64,000 nt of DNA from Torpedo marmorata (GCA_977017645.1 OZ360225.1:62434001-62498000), one strand, 5' to 3'; shown: positions 40,110 to 53,490, counted from the first letter of the stretch. Notes: generated by a model from the sequence alone, not told the origin. Made by a program: numbers and translations.

Positions 40110-40840
40110 ACTTTGACATTTACAATCCCGTTACGGTACCAAATATTCAAAAACTGATTATCACTTGAAAAAGCTATAAGTGGATTTTGAATTAATGGCA
40201 TTTTAGGCGATCTAGATCCTCTCATTCCAATCTCATCATTTATTTTATTCCAAATATTAAGTAGATGTTTCAGTAATGGTGTGTCCTTACCAGCAGTTAT
40301 CAATTTTGGTTCCCATTTATATATAAATCCTTCTGCTTTCTTCTCTCCTATCTTATTCATTTCTATATTAACCCACGCTGGTTTTTCACTTTCGAAAAAA
40401 GAAGCAAGAAATCTCATTTGGGCGGCTCGATAATAATTTTTAATATTAGGAAGTTGTAAACCAATTCATATTTCCATGTTAATCTTTCCATAGAGACTCT
40501 TGACATTTTGCCTTTTCAAAGAAATTTCCTTACATATTTATTTAATTCTTGACATTTCTTTTGAGGTATTAAGATAGGTAATGTTTGGAAAAGGTATTGT
40601 ATTCTTGGAAATATATCCATCTTTATACAATTGACTCTTCCAACTAAAGTTATAGGTAAATTAATCCATTTTTAAAAATCTTCATCAATCTTTTTAAGTA
40701 ATGGTAAATAATTCAATTTATATAAATTTTTCAAATTACTGTCTGTACGTATACCTAAGTATTTAATACCTTCTTTTGGCCATTTAAACTGAGTACCTCT
40801 CTGACAATGTGTATAATCACCTTCCGTTAATGACACAAAG
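40110..40840 (-). mobile_element. L1-clade LINE ORF2 fragment, degenerate
   Basis: FKWPKEGIKYLGIRTDSNLKNLYKLNYLPLL...GRVNCIKMDIFPRIQYLFQ...LQLPN; multiple frameshifts. Confidence 0.8.
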
Positions 40841-42739
40841 GGACTTTGGTTGACATACAGGAATGTGCTTGATCTGACCAGTCGCTTGCACTCAGCCTCC
40901 ACCCTAACCCTTTACTAACCTCTTATGGGATCAGAATACAGGAGGGCTCTATTCCGCAGCCCCACTGCCAGGTGGAGCTGCTTGAGAGCGATGACCAGTC
41001 CTCAGGTGTTGGAGCACAAGCCTTCCCACAAGGTCCTTCTCACAGCACTTTCCCTGTTTTTAAAAAGCTCTGATGCATGAAAAAAACATTTTAAAATAGT
41101 TTAACTGGATTAAAATAATTAAAAAGATAAAATACAGTAGATTTAGCTAAAATATATTAAATTACTGCATATTAATTAAAGATATAGATGTAAAGTGAAA
41201 TAAATAAAATGAGACAGAAAATGTTCACCTGAAACACCAATAATTGGGATTGGTGATCCCAATTAAAAATGATTGGGGTCAGTATTTGTAGCCTGGCAGA
41301 AAGCAGTGAAGGATTGAAACAGGAAGATCCATCCCATCCCTGACATCTACACTCTAGTGCAGAGAATGTGAAATTCAAAAGTCAAAGACGATGAACAGTG
41401 GGCAGAAGTATCTGCTGTACCAACTGGTGCTGGATTTGACCCAAAGCTCTAACCTGATATGAAGTGTCTCCAGCTTTCCCTTGGCATTGCATTGAAGGGA
41501 ATTCTTGCCTACAAGCTTGTCTTTCAGTTGAGAGTTGGACTCAAACTACTTAATGCCCATGTACAAAGCTGACAAAAGTTAGGAAAAAAAACTTTTAAAA
41601 ATGCCAAGGTTATGGAAAAGAGGTCAGAATGAAGTGGAAGGAAATGCAGGAGGAATATAATTGTCAGTGCAGTCTTAACCACTTGTGCTAAGTTGGTTTC
41701 ACCCATGAGAATCATTTCCAAAAACATTCTGCCTTCCATAAGACAGTTGAAAATAATACCTAAATTTCCTACAAAGAGTAAAAGGGGAAAGTAATAGGTT
41801 GATCAAGCTTCTAAAGTGCTGACTTATGCTTCTGACAATTAAAACTCCACATTTCGAATGCAGATTCAAGTTATAAAACTGAAATAGGAAGTAGTTTTTT
41901 TTTAAAAATGTAGTAGTTTTTTCCATATGCATTTTATTGAATGCTTACATTTCCACTGGAAGTGGTGATTGGAGTATCTTCTCTAGGTCTCTCCCCAATC
42001 ATTCAGCTGTAGTTGAGGAGGATAAACTCTCTATGTGGAGTTACCCCTGAGGGAATGGAGTGTCAGTATGAGCCTCTTCTTAAGTGAGGATACAATATTT
42101 CTCTGTGCTGTTGGTACAACCAGATGGCACAGGAAGTTGGGAAAATTGTACTGAGCAGTTGGACCTCAAATGAGGCAGTTGCCTACCTGATTTTTTCAAA
42201 TACCCCTGCTGTCAGTCATGTGGACGGGGACAATTAGAGGCTCAAATTGCCACCCTATCCAGTAGAAATGGGGAAGCATGCCTAAATTCAATGAACTAAA
42301 AATAAGGCAGTAAGTACTTTGTTAAGACTATGAGAAGAAATGTGCAATTGTAGCCGACTGCTACGAAGAAACACACAACCGCAGTGTGGAAGGTTAAGCT
42401 CTCTTCTTTATTGAGGTTGGAAATGCTTCTTTTATACAGTTGGAGTTCCCGCCGTTTGGTTGATTGGTTGACATCAGCCGCATGAATAACAATAGCGGGC
42501 GGGAACGTTCTTGCATATGAATACCCTTCTTCCCCAGCCTGGTATTGATCTGTTAGCTGGGCAGCTTGGCCAGCACCATTTTAGCGCTGCTGGTCTTGTA
42601 CTGCTCCAGCTTTCAACCGCGCCGGTTCACTATGCTAAGGGTCGCGTTACATTGTGTTATGCCGCTGTTTATTACCGCGCACGCCGAGCGATGTGCCGGC
42701 TCGATCTCCGCGGTGGCGGACTGCCACATGACCCCCACC

Positions 42740-45700
42740 CCTCCCAGAACTGGCGCTACAGTTCATAGTGTCCGTGGATGCAGTCCCCAATGTCTTTGGT
42801 GGTCTGCCTCTGCGCCGAGGTGCTGGCGTCTCCATGGGTTGTGTCAGGTACGTGTGTGCCGGCTTGAGCCTGTCTGCAGTGAAGACCTCTGGTTTGCCAC
42901 CGATGTCCAGTTCGAAGGTGGCCCCGTTGTTCCGGATGACATGGAATGGGCCTTCGTAGGGCTTCTGTAGCGGTGGTTGGCGTGGCCCTCTGCGTACGAA
43001 CACATACTCACAGTTTTGGAGTTCTTTAGGGATGTTGAACTTGGCTTGCCCGTGTCTGGAGGGTGGGATCGGAGCCAGGTTACTGACCTTTTCCTGCAAC
43101 CTGTCCAGGAAGGTGGTTGTATCCTCCTGTTGACCTCTGGCCAGTGGGACGAAATCCCTGGAGATCATGAGTGGAGCTCCGTAGACGAGCTCGGCGGAGG
43201 ATGTGTGGAGGTCTTCCTTCGGGGCTGTACGAATCCCCAGCAGTGCCCATGGCAGTTTGTCAACCCAGTTGGGGCCCTTGAGTCTGGTCATAAGGGCGGC
43301 CTTGAGGTGCCTGTGGAAGCGCTCAACCAGCCCATTAGACTGCGGGTGGTATGCTGTCGTGTGGTGTAGCTGAGCGCCCCACAGGTTGGCAACGTAGGTC
43401 CACAGGCTGGAGGTAAATTGTGCGCCTCTGTCGGAGGTTATGTGGCGCGGTAGCCCGAACCTTGCTACCCAGGACGAGACGAGTGCCTTGGCGCAGGACC
43501 TGCTGGATGTGTCGGCCAGGGGGATTGCTTCTGGCCACCGGGTGAAACGGTCGACCACTGTGAACAGGTAGCGGAAACCCTGTGAAACTGGTAAGGGTCC
43601 CACTCTGTCCACGTGAATGTGGTCAAACCTTCGCTCCGTTGGCTCGAAAGGCTGTGGGGGGACCTTGGTGTGCCGCTGTACCTTGCCTGTTTGGCACTGT
43701 GTGCATGCCTTGGCCCACCTGCTGACTTGTTTCTGCAATCCATGCCATGCGTACTTGCTGGCCACCAACCGGACCGTGGTCCTGATTGATGGATGTGCCA
43801 GCCCGTGGATGGAGTCGAAAACTCGTCGCCTCCATGCCGACGAGTCGAACCTGCCTGGTGGCCACGTCGCACAGGAGGGTAGTGTTACCTGTGCCGACTG
43901 GTATGCCCTGAAGCTGCAGCCCCGTGACGGCGGTCCTGTACTGAGGCATCTCGTCGTCCTCCTGCTGTGCCTCCGCCAGTGCCACGAAATCCAGTCCGTT
44001 AGCCAGAGAGTGGATGCTCTGTCTCGACAAGGCATCCGCGACCATGTTGTCTTTTCCCGAGATGTGCCTTACGTCGGTGGTGTACTCCAAGACGTAAGAC
44101 AAGTGTCTCTGCTGGCGGGCTGACCAGGGATCGGAGATCTTGGCCAGGGCGAACGTCAGTGGCTTGTGGTCCGTGATAGCCGTGAAAGCCCTTCCCTCTA
44201 GGAAGTACCGGAAGTGGCGGATGGCTAAGTACAGTGCCAGTAGCTCTCTGTCGAAAACACTCTACTTTAGCTCAGGGGGCCGCAGATGTTTGCTGAAGAA
44301 AGCTAGTGGACGCCAACTTCCTTCTATCTGCTGCTCCAGAACTCCACCAATCGCTGTTCCTGAGGCATCGACCGTGAGAGCTGTGGGTGCGTCTGACCTG
44401 GGGTGGGCCAGGAGTGCGGCATTAGCCAGGGCTTCCTTCGCTTCCACGAACGCTCGTGCGGAGTCATCGTCCCAGGTCAAGTCCTTCGCCTTGCCGGTCA
44501 TCAGGGTGAAGAGTGGGCGCATGGTTCGAGCAGCTGCGGGGATGAATCTGCGATAAATGTTGACCATCCCCATGAACTCCTGCAGTCCTTTGGTCGTACT
44601 GGGCCTCGGGAAGTTGCGAATAGCCTCCACCTTGCTGGGTAGTGGCGTGGCCCCGCATTTGGTAATCCTGTGGTCCAGGAAGTCAATTGTGCTCAGCCCG
44701 AACTGGCATTTAGCCAGGTTGATTGTAAGGCCGAACTCATGTAGGCGACTGTACAGGCTTCGGAGGTGTTGTAGATGTTCCTGCCGGGTACTGCTCGCCA
44801 CCAGGATATCATCTAAGTAGACGAAGGTGCTGTCCAGGTCTCGGCCCACCGCGTCCATCAGTCGCTGGAAGGTCTGTGCCACATTCTTGAGCCCGAATGG
44901 CATCCTCAGGAACTCAAACAGCCCGAATGGAGTGATGATGGCCGTCTTGGGGATGTCGTCAGGGTGCACCGCGATTTGGTGGTACCTTCGCACCAAGTCC
45001 ACTTTGGAGAAGATCGTCGCTCCGTGCAGGTTTGCCGCAAAGTCCTGGATATGCGGCATGGGGTAACGATCTGGAGTGGTGGCCTCGTTAAGCCGGCGGT
45101 AGTCGCCGCATGGTCTCCAGCCCCCAGATGCTTTGGGCACCATGTGCAGAGGAGAAGCCCATGGACTGTCCGACCACCGAATGATGCCTAACTCCTCGAG
45201 CTTGTGGAACTCCTCCTTGGCCAGTTGAAGCTTCTCCGGGGGAAGTCGTCTTGCCCTTGCGTGGAGAGGTGGACCCTTGGTAAGGATGTGATGCCTGAAG
45301 CCGTGTCGGGGCACCTCCACCATGAACTGAGGGGCAAGGATTGCTGGGAACTCAGCCAGCACTTTGGAGAACTCATCGTCCAAGCTGTGAACGGAGTCCA
45401 GGTGCAGTGCCGGGAGCCTGGTGCCCCTCAGTGCGACGGTTTGGAACGTTTCGGCGTGCACAAGTCTCTTGCCCTTGAGGTCCACTAGGAGGCTGTGGGC
45501 CCGCAGGAAGTCCGCTCCGAGGAGTGGCTGTTCCACTGCGGCCAGCGTGAACTCCCACAAGAAGTAACTGCCTCCGAACTGCAGCTCGGCCCTACGTTTG
45601 CCATAGGTCCGTATGCTGCTGTTGTTGGCAGCCCTCAACGTGGGGCCCACTTGCCTGCATCTGGTGTCCAAACCTGTCGGGGGCATCACGCTGACCTCCG

Positions 45701-45810
45701 CTACTGTATCCACCAAGAATCGTCTACTGGAAAGGCGATCCCATACATACAGGAGGCTCTCTCGATGGCCAGCCGCCGTGGCCATCAGTGACGGCTGGCC
45801 TTGTCGTTTC
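42740..45810 (-). pseudogene. pol: Gypsy pol (PR, RT, RNase H, IN), with a stop at ~44262 and a frameshift near 43850
   Basis: [10 protein letters not shown] protease, [17 protein letters not shown] RNase H, HGLAHP...CTQCQ zinc finger, D-D-E core and GPF module. Confidence 0.9.
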
Positions 45811-46472
45811 CCTGGAACTTGCAGGGCGACCACCATCGGTGGGCCTCGGAGCCCCATCTTTGGTGGTAGAAGCACCATCTCTCTTTGGACTCGTCCCTGC
45901 CTCTTGCCTGCCACTCCTTTCCAGGGCCTGCCTTGGTCTGGTTGCGAGACTTCGTGACGAGCCCCACGGTAGCCGAGCACTTCTGTTTGTGCTTCCACAG
46001 AATATCTGCCCGTGCTGCGACTATCCGGGGGCTGCTGAAATCCGCGTCAGCTAGGAGCAGTTGGATGTCCTCGGGCAGCTGCTCCAAGAACGCCTGTTCG
46101 AACGGAGGGCTTGTGGTTTCGCAGGAGGGCTAGCATCTCGTTCATGAGCGCTGACGGGAATCTGTCCCCTAGCCCATTCAGGTGGAGCAGCCGTGCCCCT
46201 CTTTCTCGCCGCGAGAGCCCGAAGGTCTCAGTCAATAGCTCTTTGAAGGCAGTGTAAGTGCCTTCCGATGGTGGCCTCTGGGTGAAGTTGACCACCCTGT
46301 CTGCAGTCTCTGGATCCAGGGCGCTGACCACATGGTAGTACCGTGTGGTCTCAGCTGTGATGCCCTGAATCTGGAACTGAGCCTCAGCCTGGTCGAACCA
46401 CACGCCAGGTCGAACTGTCCAGAAGGTCGGGAGCTTGAGGCCGACTGCGCTGATCGCTGCTTCGCTATCCAT
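45785..46472 (-). pseudogene. gag: Gypsy gag (frameshifted near 46100)
   Basis: MDSEAAISAVGLKLPTFWTVRPGVWFDQAEAQF...; continues in ORF 45785-46087 with degenerate CHCC-type knuckle [18 protein letters not shown]. Confidence 0.85.
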
Positions 46473-46497
46473 CGCTGGGTTTAGATGCCGTCTAAAC

Positions 46498-46511
46498 CGT
46501 CGGGGTCACCA
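46498..46511 (-). promoter_or_regulatory. Primer-binding site complementary to tRNA-Trp
   Basis: Minus strand TGGTGACCCCGACG, 2 nt after the 5' LTR; complementary to the tRNA-Trp 3' end. Confidence 0.85.
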
Positions 46512-47329
46512 ATTGTAGCCGACTGCTATGATGAAACACACACACGGAGTGTGGAAGGTTAAGCTCTCTTCTTTATTGAGGCTGGAAATGCTTCTTTTAT
46601 ACAGTTGGAGTTCCCGCCATTTGGTTGATTGGTTGACATCAGCCGCATGAATAACAATAGCGGGCGGGAACGTTCTTGCATCTGAATACCCTTCTTCCCC
46701 AGCCTGGTATTGATCTGTTAGCTGGGCAGCTTGGCCAGCGCCATTTTAGGGCTGCTGGTCTTGTACTGCTCCAGCTTTCAACCGCGCCGGTTCGCTATGC
46801 TAAGGGTCGCGTTACAGTGTGTTATGCCGCTGTTTACTACCGCGCGCGCCGCGCGATGTGCCGGCTCGATCTCCGTGGTGGCGGGCCGCCACACAATGTT
46901 CCTTTATTAACATATGTATTCACGCAGCACTTAAATAGAAGGACTGGCCAGACCTGTGATTTCTGGTTTTCCGTTAGCCCCCTCCCCCAGATCCTTCTGT
47001 TTACTTCAAAATGATTAAGATTAATGAGTAGATTAGAGTAGAGGAGGCCTTGTCAAATACAATAATACTAAAATGTAAAAATAGGACAAGCTTAAGAATA
47101 AGATAATGTCTGCTGACCATTTGGCCCATCAGCTGCCTGCTGGTGCTTGTGGTCCCTGCCATCCTCCAGCACAGCACTGAATCTGCAGATTTCAGGTAGA
47201 GAATGTAACATGACAATGCATCTTGATTGGTCATAAATGGAGGAGAAACAAAAGGATACATTTACACTCTTGAAATGGGGCATGGAGATGGATTAAACAG
47301 AAATCCAACCTGCCTCAAAAGCCACCCAT

Positions 47330-47728
47330 TCCCTCCATTTCTGGTTTTCCATTAGCCCCCTCCCACAGTCTCTCTCTTTCCCTACCCCACCGTCTCCTTT
47401 CCTCTAGCTCCCCACCCCTTCCCTTCCCTATCACAGAACTACCTTGCTAGCCCTAGGCCCTCTCCCCCATCATTTCTCAGCTTCTACCCTCCCACCTGTA
47501 TCCACCTATTACTTCTTACATGTTAGCCTGTGCCCCTTCCCCTTCCCCTCCACCTCCCCACCTTTTTATTCGGGCATCTGCCTGATTTTCGATATTGCTG
47601 AAGAAAGGCTCAGGCCCGAAATATTGACCGCTCTTTGCTTCCTGTGGATGCTGAATGACCTGCTGAGGTTCTCCAGCACTTTAGTGTACTACTCCAGATC
47701 CCAGCATCTGCAGATTTTATTGTTTACT
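47330..47728 (+). mobile_element. Penelope-like element terminal fragment with degenerate minimal hammerhead motif
   Basis: C/T-rich tract, then CTGAAGA-AAGGCTCAGGCCC-GAAATATTG (47598-47626), then GATGCTG...GACCTGCTGAG...CCAGCATCTGCAG end typical of chondrichthyan Penelope-like repeats. Confidence 0.55.
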
Positions 47729-50700
47729 ATCATTGAAACCTTTGATGGAGGCCTTGCCTTCAATTTAATGTTTTTATTTTGTTTTTGGCACATTTTGGAG
47801 GTAAGAACAGTGCAGAAGTATTTCTTGCATTAATAATAATAAAAGCTTCTGTTACCTCCATAATTAGCCATGATGTCCTATCATTGACTTTCCTCCCTGG
47901 GATTTTGTTACCGTTGAGATCAACAGCACTAATCATATAGGTTACAGGGATATAGGCCAAGTGCAGGTGAATGGGACTAGCTCAGGTGGGCATCTGTTGG
48001 CATGGATGAGTTCTTTTTCTGGTTCCATGCTATAGTTCTATGACTCTATGTCTCCAACCTGTCTCCCTCAACCAGTCCAATCCTTATGATTCTGACACCC
48101 CTATCTCCAATCCAGTCTTCAACCCCCAACATAATTCATCAATTTCCACATCTCTGTCCTGAACAACCAACAAAAGTATTCGCTTCTGGGTTGAGGCCTT
48201 TTTTTTTTTTTTGAGAGATTGATACTCAAGGTGATTTTAAACCACAATGGATTTGCATTTGTATCTCTTCAAGACTTCTGGTTTCCACAAGATCCTCTCC
48301 ACCAAAGACCTTTCCTTGTGTTTAGTCATCAATGTAATGCAGGGAAACAGCTAAGTTGCACCATGTCAAGAGAGTATGAGAGTGATAATCTGTTTTAGTC
48401 ACAATGGTAAGGATAAGGGGCCAACTTCCTGGACTTTCTCAATAAAATATCATGAGATATCTTCACGCACCTGAGAAAATTTGAATATTTTGAAGATTCA
48501 TTTGTTTGTAAAAGATATTTACCGAACATGTATCATTGGATTGATAGGACAGATACACTGCCACCCATGTCACTCCCACTGGTATCTCTTTGAATGATGC
48601 ATCTTCGACAGTGCTGCACTCCTTCCTCCATCATCTCCCCTACCCTCCGTTGCCGAGGGTGCATCAGTGTAGATTCACTTCCTGAATCGTAGGAGACTGG
48701 GATGCAACATGCTGAGTCAGAGACGAGGTGTGATCCCACCCGACATGCTTCTCCCATTAGAAACTTGAGGACATGTAGTGTGTTAAAGATACATTGCCTT
48801 GTTAGAGCTGGGAGTTGTTGGGAAGGAAAGAGGAACCCAAGTTTAAGGCAGCAGCTTTAGAGGAAGTGTGCGAGTTCCATGATGTGTAATGACAGAGTGA
48901 TGCAAGATTTCACAGAGTAACAAGGCCGAAAAGTAGAATGAAATGAGAGATCAGAGCTTTGGCTATAATTATGACAGAGCAATGAAGGCTGTGTCCCTAA
49001 GGAATGGAAAAATATATACTGTACTTCTTAAACAGATTGAAGAAGTATCAGTGGTATCTGTAGAAATGCCTGGAGTAGTCAGCATAACATCAGGAAGCTA
49101 ACAAGGCAACGAGGGCAGTGAAGGGACAGGGAAATATAATCCATAACGGCAACTGTAATAGTTCATCGATGCCTGGTTCCTGTCCTACAATTCTGGGAGA
49201 GAATAGAATCTTGGTGTCTGACCAACGTTTATTGTGACATCCAGATTCCTGTCCTGTTAAGCGCACAGCCAATGGACATAAAAACCATGTTCACCTCTCC
49301 ATCAAAGAAATCTGCCAGAAATTCATTTATGGCTTTGAGATAAAATTTCAATTTCACATGCACATGCATGCATATGTATGTTACATATATGTTATTGTGT
49401 GTGCATCAACACACCATGGAGACCGTGCAGTGGAATGTCAGCTGCCTATGGATTAAGCTCAGAGATTTAGCTGGAAAGATTTGTCACTTTCATAATGCTA
49501 TTTCTCCCCTCCAGAACAATGAGCAAAATGGACTAAAACCCCAGCAATGAGACTTAATCTCATTAGAATTCCTTGTCTGAGCTGACCTTGGAAAGATACT
49601 AACCACTGTGAGTGACATTGTGCGCTGGAACGTGGGTGCCAAGGGACCTGTCCTATCAATGCGATGGTGATACTTACTGTGTATTGGGTACAAAGGTATT
49701 TTCTACAAATAAATGCACTGAGAAAATACACAAAGGTAAAATGTTTCTTATTTTGGGACGAGGTTTAATTACAATATTAAAGCTTTTTTTTTACACTGGT
49801 CAACAATATTTTTACACAATCACTTAAATTACTTTATGTATACATAGCAGATTTTTATAATTCATTTTGTCAGCCTTATCAGACTTTTCACTGCTGCTTA
49901 TTTGCTGCCGCTCCTTTACATCCTCCTTGCTTCAATGTTTTTCTGTGATACTAAGGATCGACTAGTTCCCCTTCTCTGTGGGGGGACGTGAAGGGAAGGT
50001 CTGAAGGGCCATATGACCATAGCACGCTCACTGCAAAGTTCCCAGGTGAAAGCTGCTTGTGGGCTGTGAGTCTGGCAGGAAATGGCTGCTGAAACCAACA
50101 GCTGAACCTTAGTCGCGGATTCTGGCTGGGGTGTAGTAACTGGTAAGAAGGTGGGAGTGTGTGGAGTAGGAGAAAGATGAGGCTTTAATTTTCCAGAAGT
50201 GTAGTCCACTTATGTCATCTTGCAGTAAAATATTGTCGTCTCCTGCACCAATTCACCTGGTGGGACAGGAACGCTGGCTATTATGTTAAAATTGTGCTTG
50301 TGACCCAGCAAGCTCATCAGACCCCTCCCTGCAGGTTACCTAAGGGAGACCTGCCAACTTCAAACAGCTGCACGCATGGCCTGACCTGGTGACCAAAGTC
50401 ATGAGACGCACCAGACACAACTCAGGTGATTTTGAATCTTCTCTTACTCATATACTTTCTGCCAGGTCAAGACACTGAGTGTTTTGACAGTGTGCAAGTG
50501 AAGAACACATGAGAGATTCTATAACTTGGGTTCATTGTTTAATAAGGTTAGCCATTATCTCTCAAAGACTTGTGAGTGTTTGGAGCTCTCGTCCTCAAAG
50601 TTTGATGGAAGCTGAAAACTTTAAAGGCAGAGGGAGACAGATTTTTGAAAAGCAAGAGGGCGAAAGGCTACCCTGCTGGGCTGAGATTGAGAAATTGAGG

Positions 50701-50829
50701 TTGTAACCAGCTCTGCTGAGAATTTATTACTGAGGGCTGTGCTTAAGGGGGCTGAGGGATCCACTTCTGCTCCCAATTTGTATATTCAAAGTTCATATAA
50801 CAAAGGGACCTACTTGATTAACAAACCAT

Positions 50830-51180
50830 CTACCATCATAAATGTTCAGACATCCCTCCCCAGCATGCGCCATGACTGCAAAAATGTACTGCAGTTCCAC
50901 ACTTAGGATACTCTGACAGTACCACCCAAACCTGTGACTCCTAGCACAAGAAAGATAGAAGCATTAGGTGCATGACCAACCTGTCTCTTGCAGGGACACA
51001 TCATCCTGGCGTTTTAATTGGTCACTGTTCCTTTATCCTCAATGGGTCTAAACCCTGAAATTCCCTCCCAACAGTACTGTTGGGGGTATCTTTACTAGAA
51101 GGACTGCAGTGGTTCAAGAAGGTGGCTCAACACCATCTTCTCAAGGGTAATTAAGGACTGGCAATATATGCTGATCCTGC
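50830..51180 (+). mobile_element. Old LINE/SINE 3' remnant
   Basis: GGACTGCAGTGGTTCAAGAAGGTGGCTCAACACCATCTTCTCAAGGG...GGCAATA tail; a similar tail occurs at ~35190-35290. Confidence 0.4.
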
Positions 51181-53490
51181 ATTTAGGAATTAAATATAAA
51201 TTTCTTTCTGAGCTACAAGGTGTAATGACTGAAGCCTCCTTCTACCTTAGCTCAGATTGAACAGCCATAACATGAACGGGAAACACTCTGGATAAACTCA
51301 CTGGAACATCCAAGAATTGGAAAACAGGAAACTTGAAACCTGAAATTAAAACAGTATATGCTAGAAACACTTAGCAGGTCAGGAGGCATCTGTGGCGAGA
51401 AAAATAGCCAATGTTTCAATATCAGCTAGAAATGAATATTACAGTTATTTGTTCTTTTAATATAATTTATTGCCCAAAGGTGGCTTTGCTTCACAGGATC
51501 TAAGATAGCATTTCAAACCTGCGATATTTCTAGTTCTCTCTTTCTATTTCAAGATATTTATAATAATATTAGTCTTAATAACAAAGGATTAATGAATAAC
51601 AAATGACATTCTGTACATGAATGTAAGCTGGACATTATAAAAAATGCAGGCGCTCAAACGATCAAAAGAGATTACACCCATTAAAACAATTAATGTCTCT
51701 TGTTCAGTTTAAAAATGTGAATTAAAATGAAATGTACACAATTTACTTGATGCTCAAAGTCTTTTCAGGAAGCTGAGCAGATCTTAATATACAAAGTCAC
51801 ATGGAAACATCATGGAGGCTGTGTTTTTCAATTTAGTAAAAGTGCTTGAATTCCCGACAGAACCACTTATACCCATATGTAATGTAACACTGATGCAATA
51901 CAAGTCTGGGAGTAGTAGCTACTGAAACAATCCATAGCCAGCCATGCCCTGTTTGTACTGCTAGGACATTTTGTTTGACCTTATGATATTGTTCAAAGCA
52001 ATATTTTTTCCAATAACTTCAGTGATTTTGTTTTATATATAAGGTGTTGGGGTCATACCATTTGCTAATCCATGTTCTGATTAAAAGAAGGAATCTCCAA
52101 GCCCATTATTCCTAATGACAAGAGCATGATCTTTTGTGCAGGCTTAAACATTAGCTGTCGAAAGCAAAGGAGAAGAAATGTTCATAGATATCAGTGATCT
52201 CAGCCTCAATTGAGAAATTGGCCCTTCTAGCGCACAACAAAAGTGATACAAAAGAATTACACCCTCCCTAAAGTCTATTTCCTCTGTATAATCACACAAA
52301 ATGATTTTTCTTAAATATGATAATAAATCACGGGAAAAATCAATGTGACATAGTCCAACTGCTATGGTCTGATAACGCATCAATCAATATTTAGTATTTA
52401 GATTTTAATTAATACATAGCAGTGAGGATGCCTTTTAAGAGAGAAATATTATCTCAGATAGAAAATCCGGCAGCAGTGGTATACAAAAGTTGTTGCCTGT
52501 ATCTGTCATTGATCAATAAGCTAGCACTCTGATTAAAAACCCCTTTGAAAATACCAGGCAGGAGTATAAACAGATTGAACTGGTGTGTGCCTCCAACACT
52601 GCTGTCTGACTGGGATACTGCCTTTATTCAGGTCCAGCAAACAAGCACAGGAAACTCTCAAAACCAAAATCCATCTGGTTTAAAGTGCTTGGCATTTATC
52701 CAGCCCAAAGAAATCATGAATTTTCATATTTTCCACAGTAAAAGATATATATTTTTTGTTTTTAAAAAGAGCAAGAAACTGTTGACTGCATTTATGTAAC
52801 AGGCTTATGGAAAAATAAAATAAAAAATGGTTTGCTGTTAGATTTCTGCAGAAATAAAGATAATTGCATTCAACAGAGCTGCAACAGATGATCAAACCTC
52901 CCTAATCATTAAAGTAATATAGTCAAAGTAGAAGAATCGACGCAGCTAAATATCCAGAAGTTATGTAATTTGCAACTAAACTGTACAATTTATTTGGCTG
53001 TATGAAATTATTTATTTTAAAACATTGTTTTAACTTGAGAGAAAGATTGTGTCAAATGAGGAGAGCAGCTTTAGTGAAGTCTTCAGCAATCACCCTATTA
53101 ATCAGATTTTCTTCCCTGCTTGACATAATGAATACTGCAGGTTAAATATATTTATGGATCTCATAAAAGAAAGGATAAATGTGCATAAGAGCAGAAAGAG
53201 AGGAACTCTTCAAATCCTAGAGTAAACTGACATTCTTTTTTATATCTGTTGTCTAAGGCACAGATCAGGTTGATTGGTGTTTATTGGAACTATAAGTTTT
53301 AACATAAATTTACAATGCCTGCAATTTATGTGGTGTTGGATCTACCTTCAAATGCCATTAGTACTTTGTTTACAGATAAAAGAAAATTCTATGGTTAAGT
53401 CTAATTCATAATATTTTCAAATAGGCTTTAATAAATATCAGTATTCATTTTCATTTTAAACTTTTTAAAGGTTTTTCACAGATATATTTT

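Larger units (their letters stand above)
42349..46893 (-). mobile_element. Full-length, defective Gypsy LTR retrotransposon of the CsRN1 lineage
   Basis: Two 380-bp LTRs (42349-42728, 46514-46893; TG...CA; ~18 differences by eye), 4-bp TSD CAAT (42345-42348, 46894-46897), tRNA-Trp PBS, purine-rich PPT just inside 42729, order gag-PR-RT-RH-IN. Confidence 0.96.

Noticed and set aside
42511-42768. Duplicated ORF also at 46676-47014
   Set aside because: Antisense ORFs within the two LTR copies, not a gene pair
43465-46133. Numerous short ORFs overlapping gag/pol on both strands
   Set aside because: Shadow ORFs of GC-rich retroelement coding sequence
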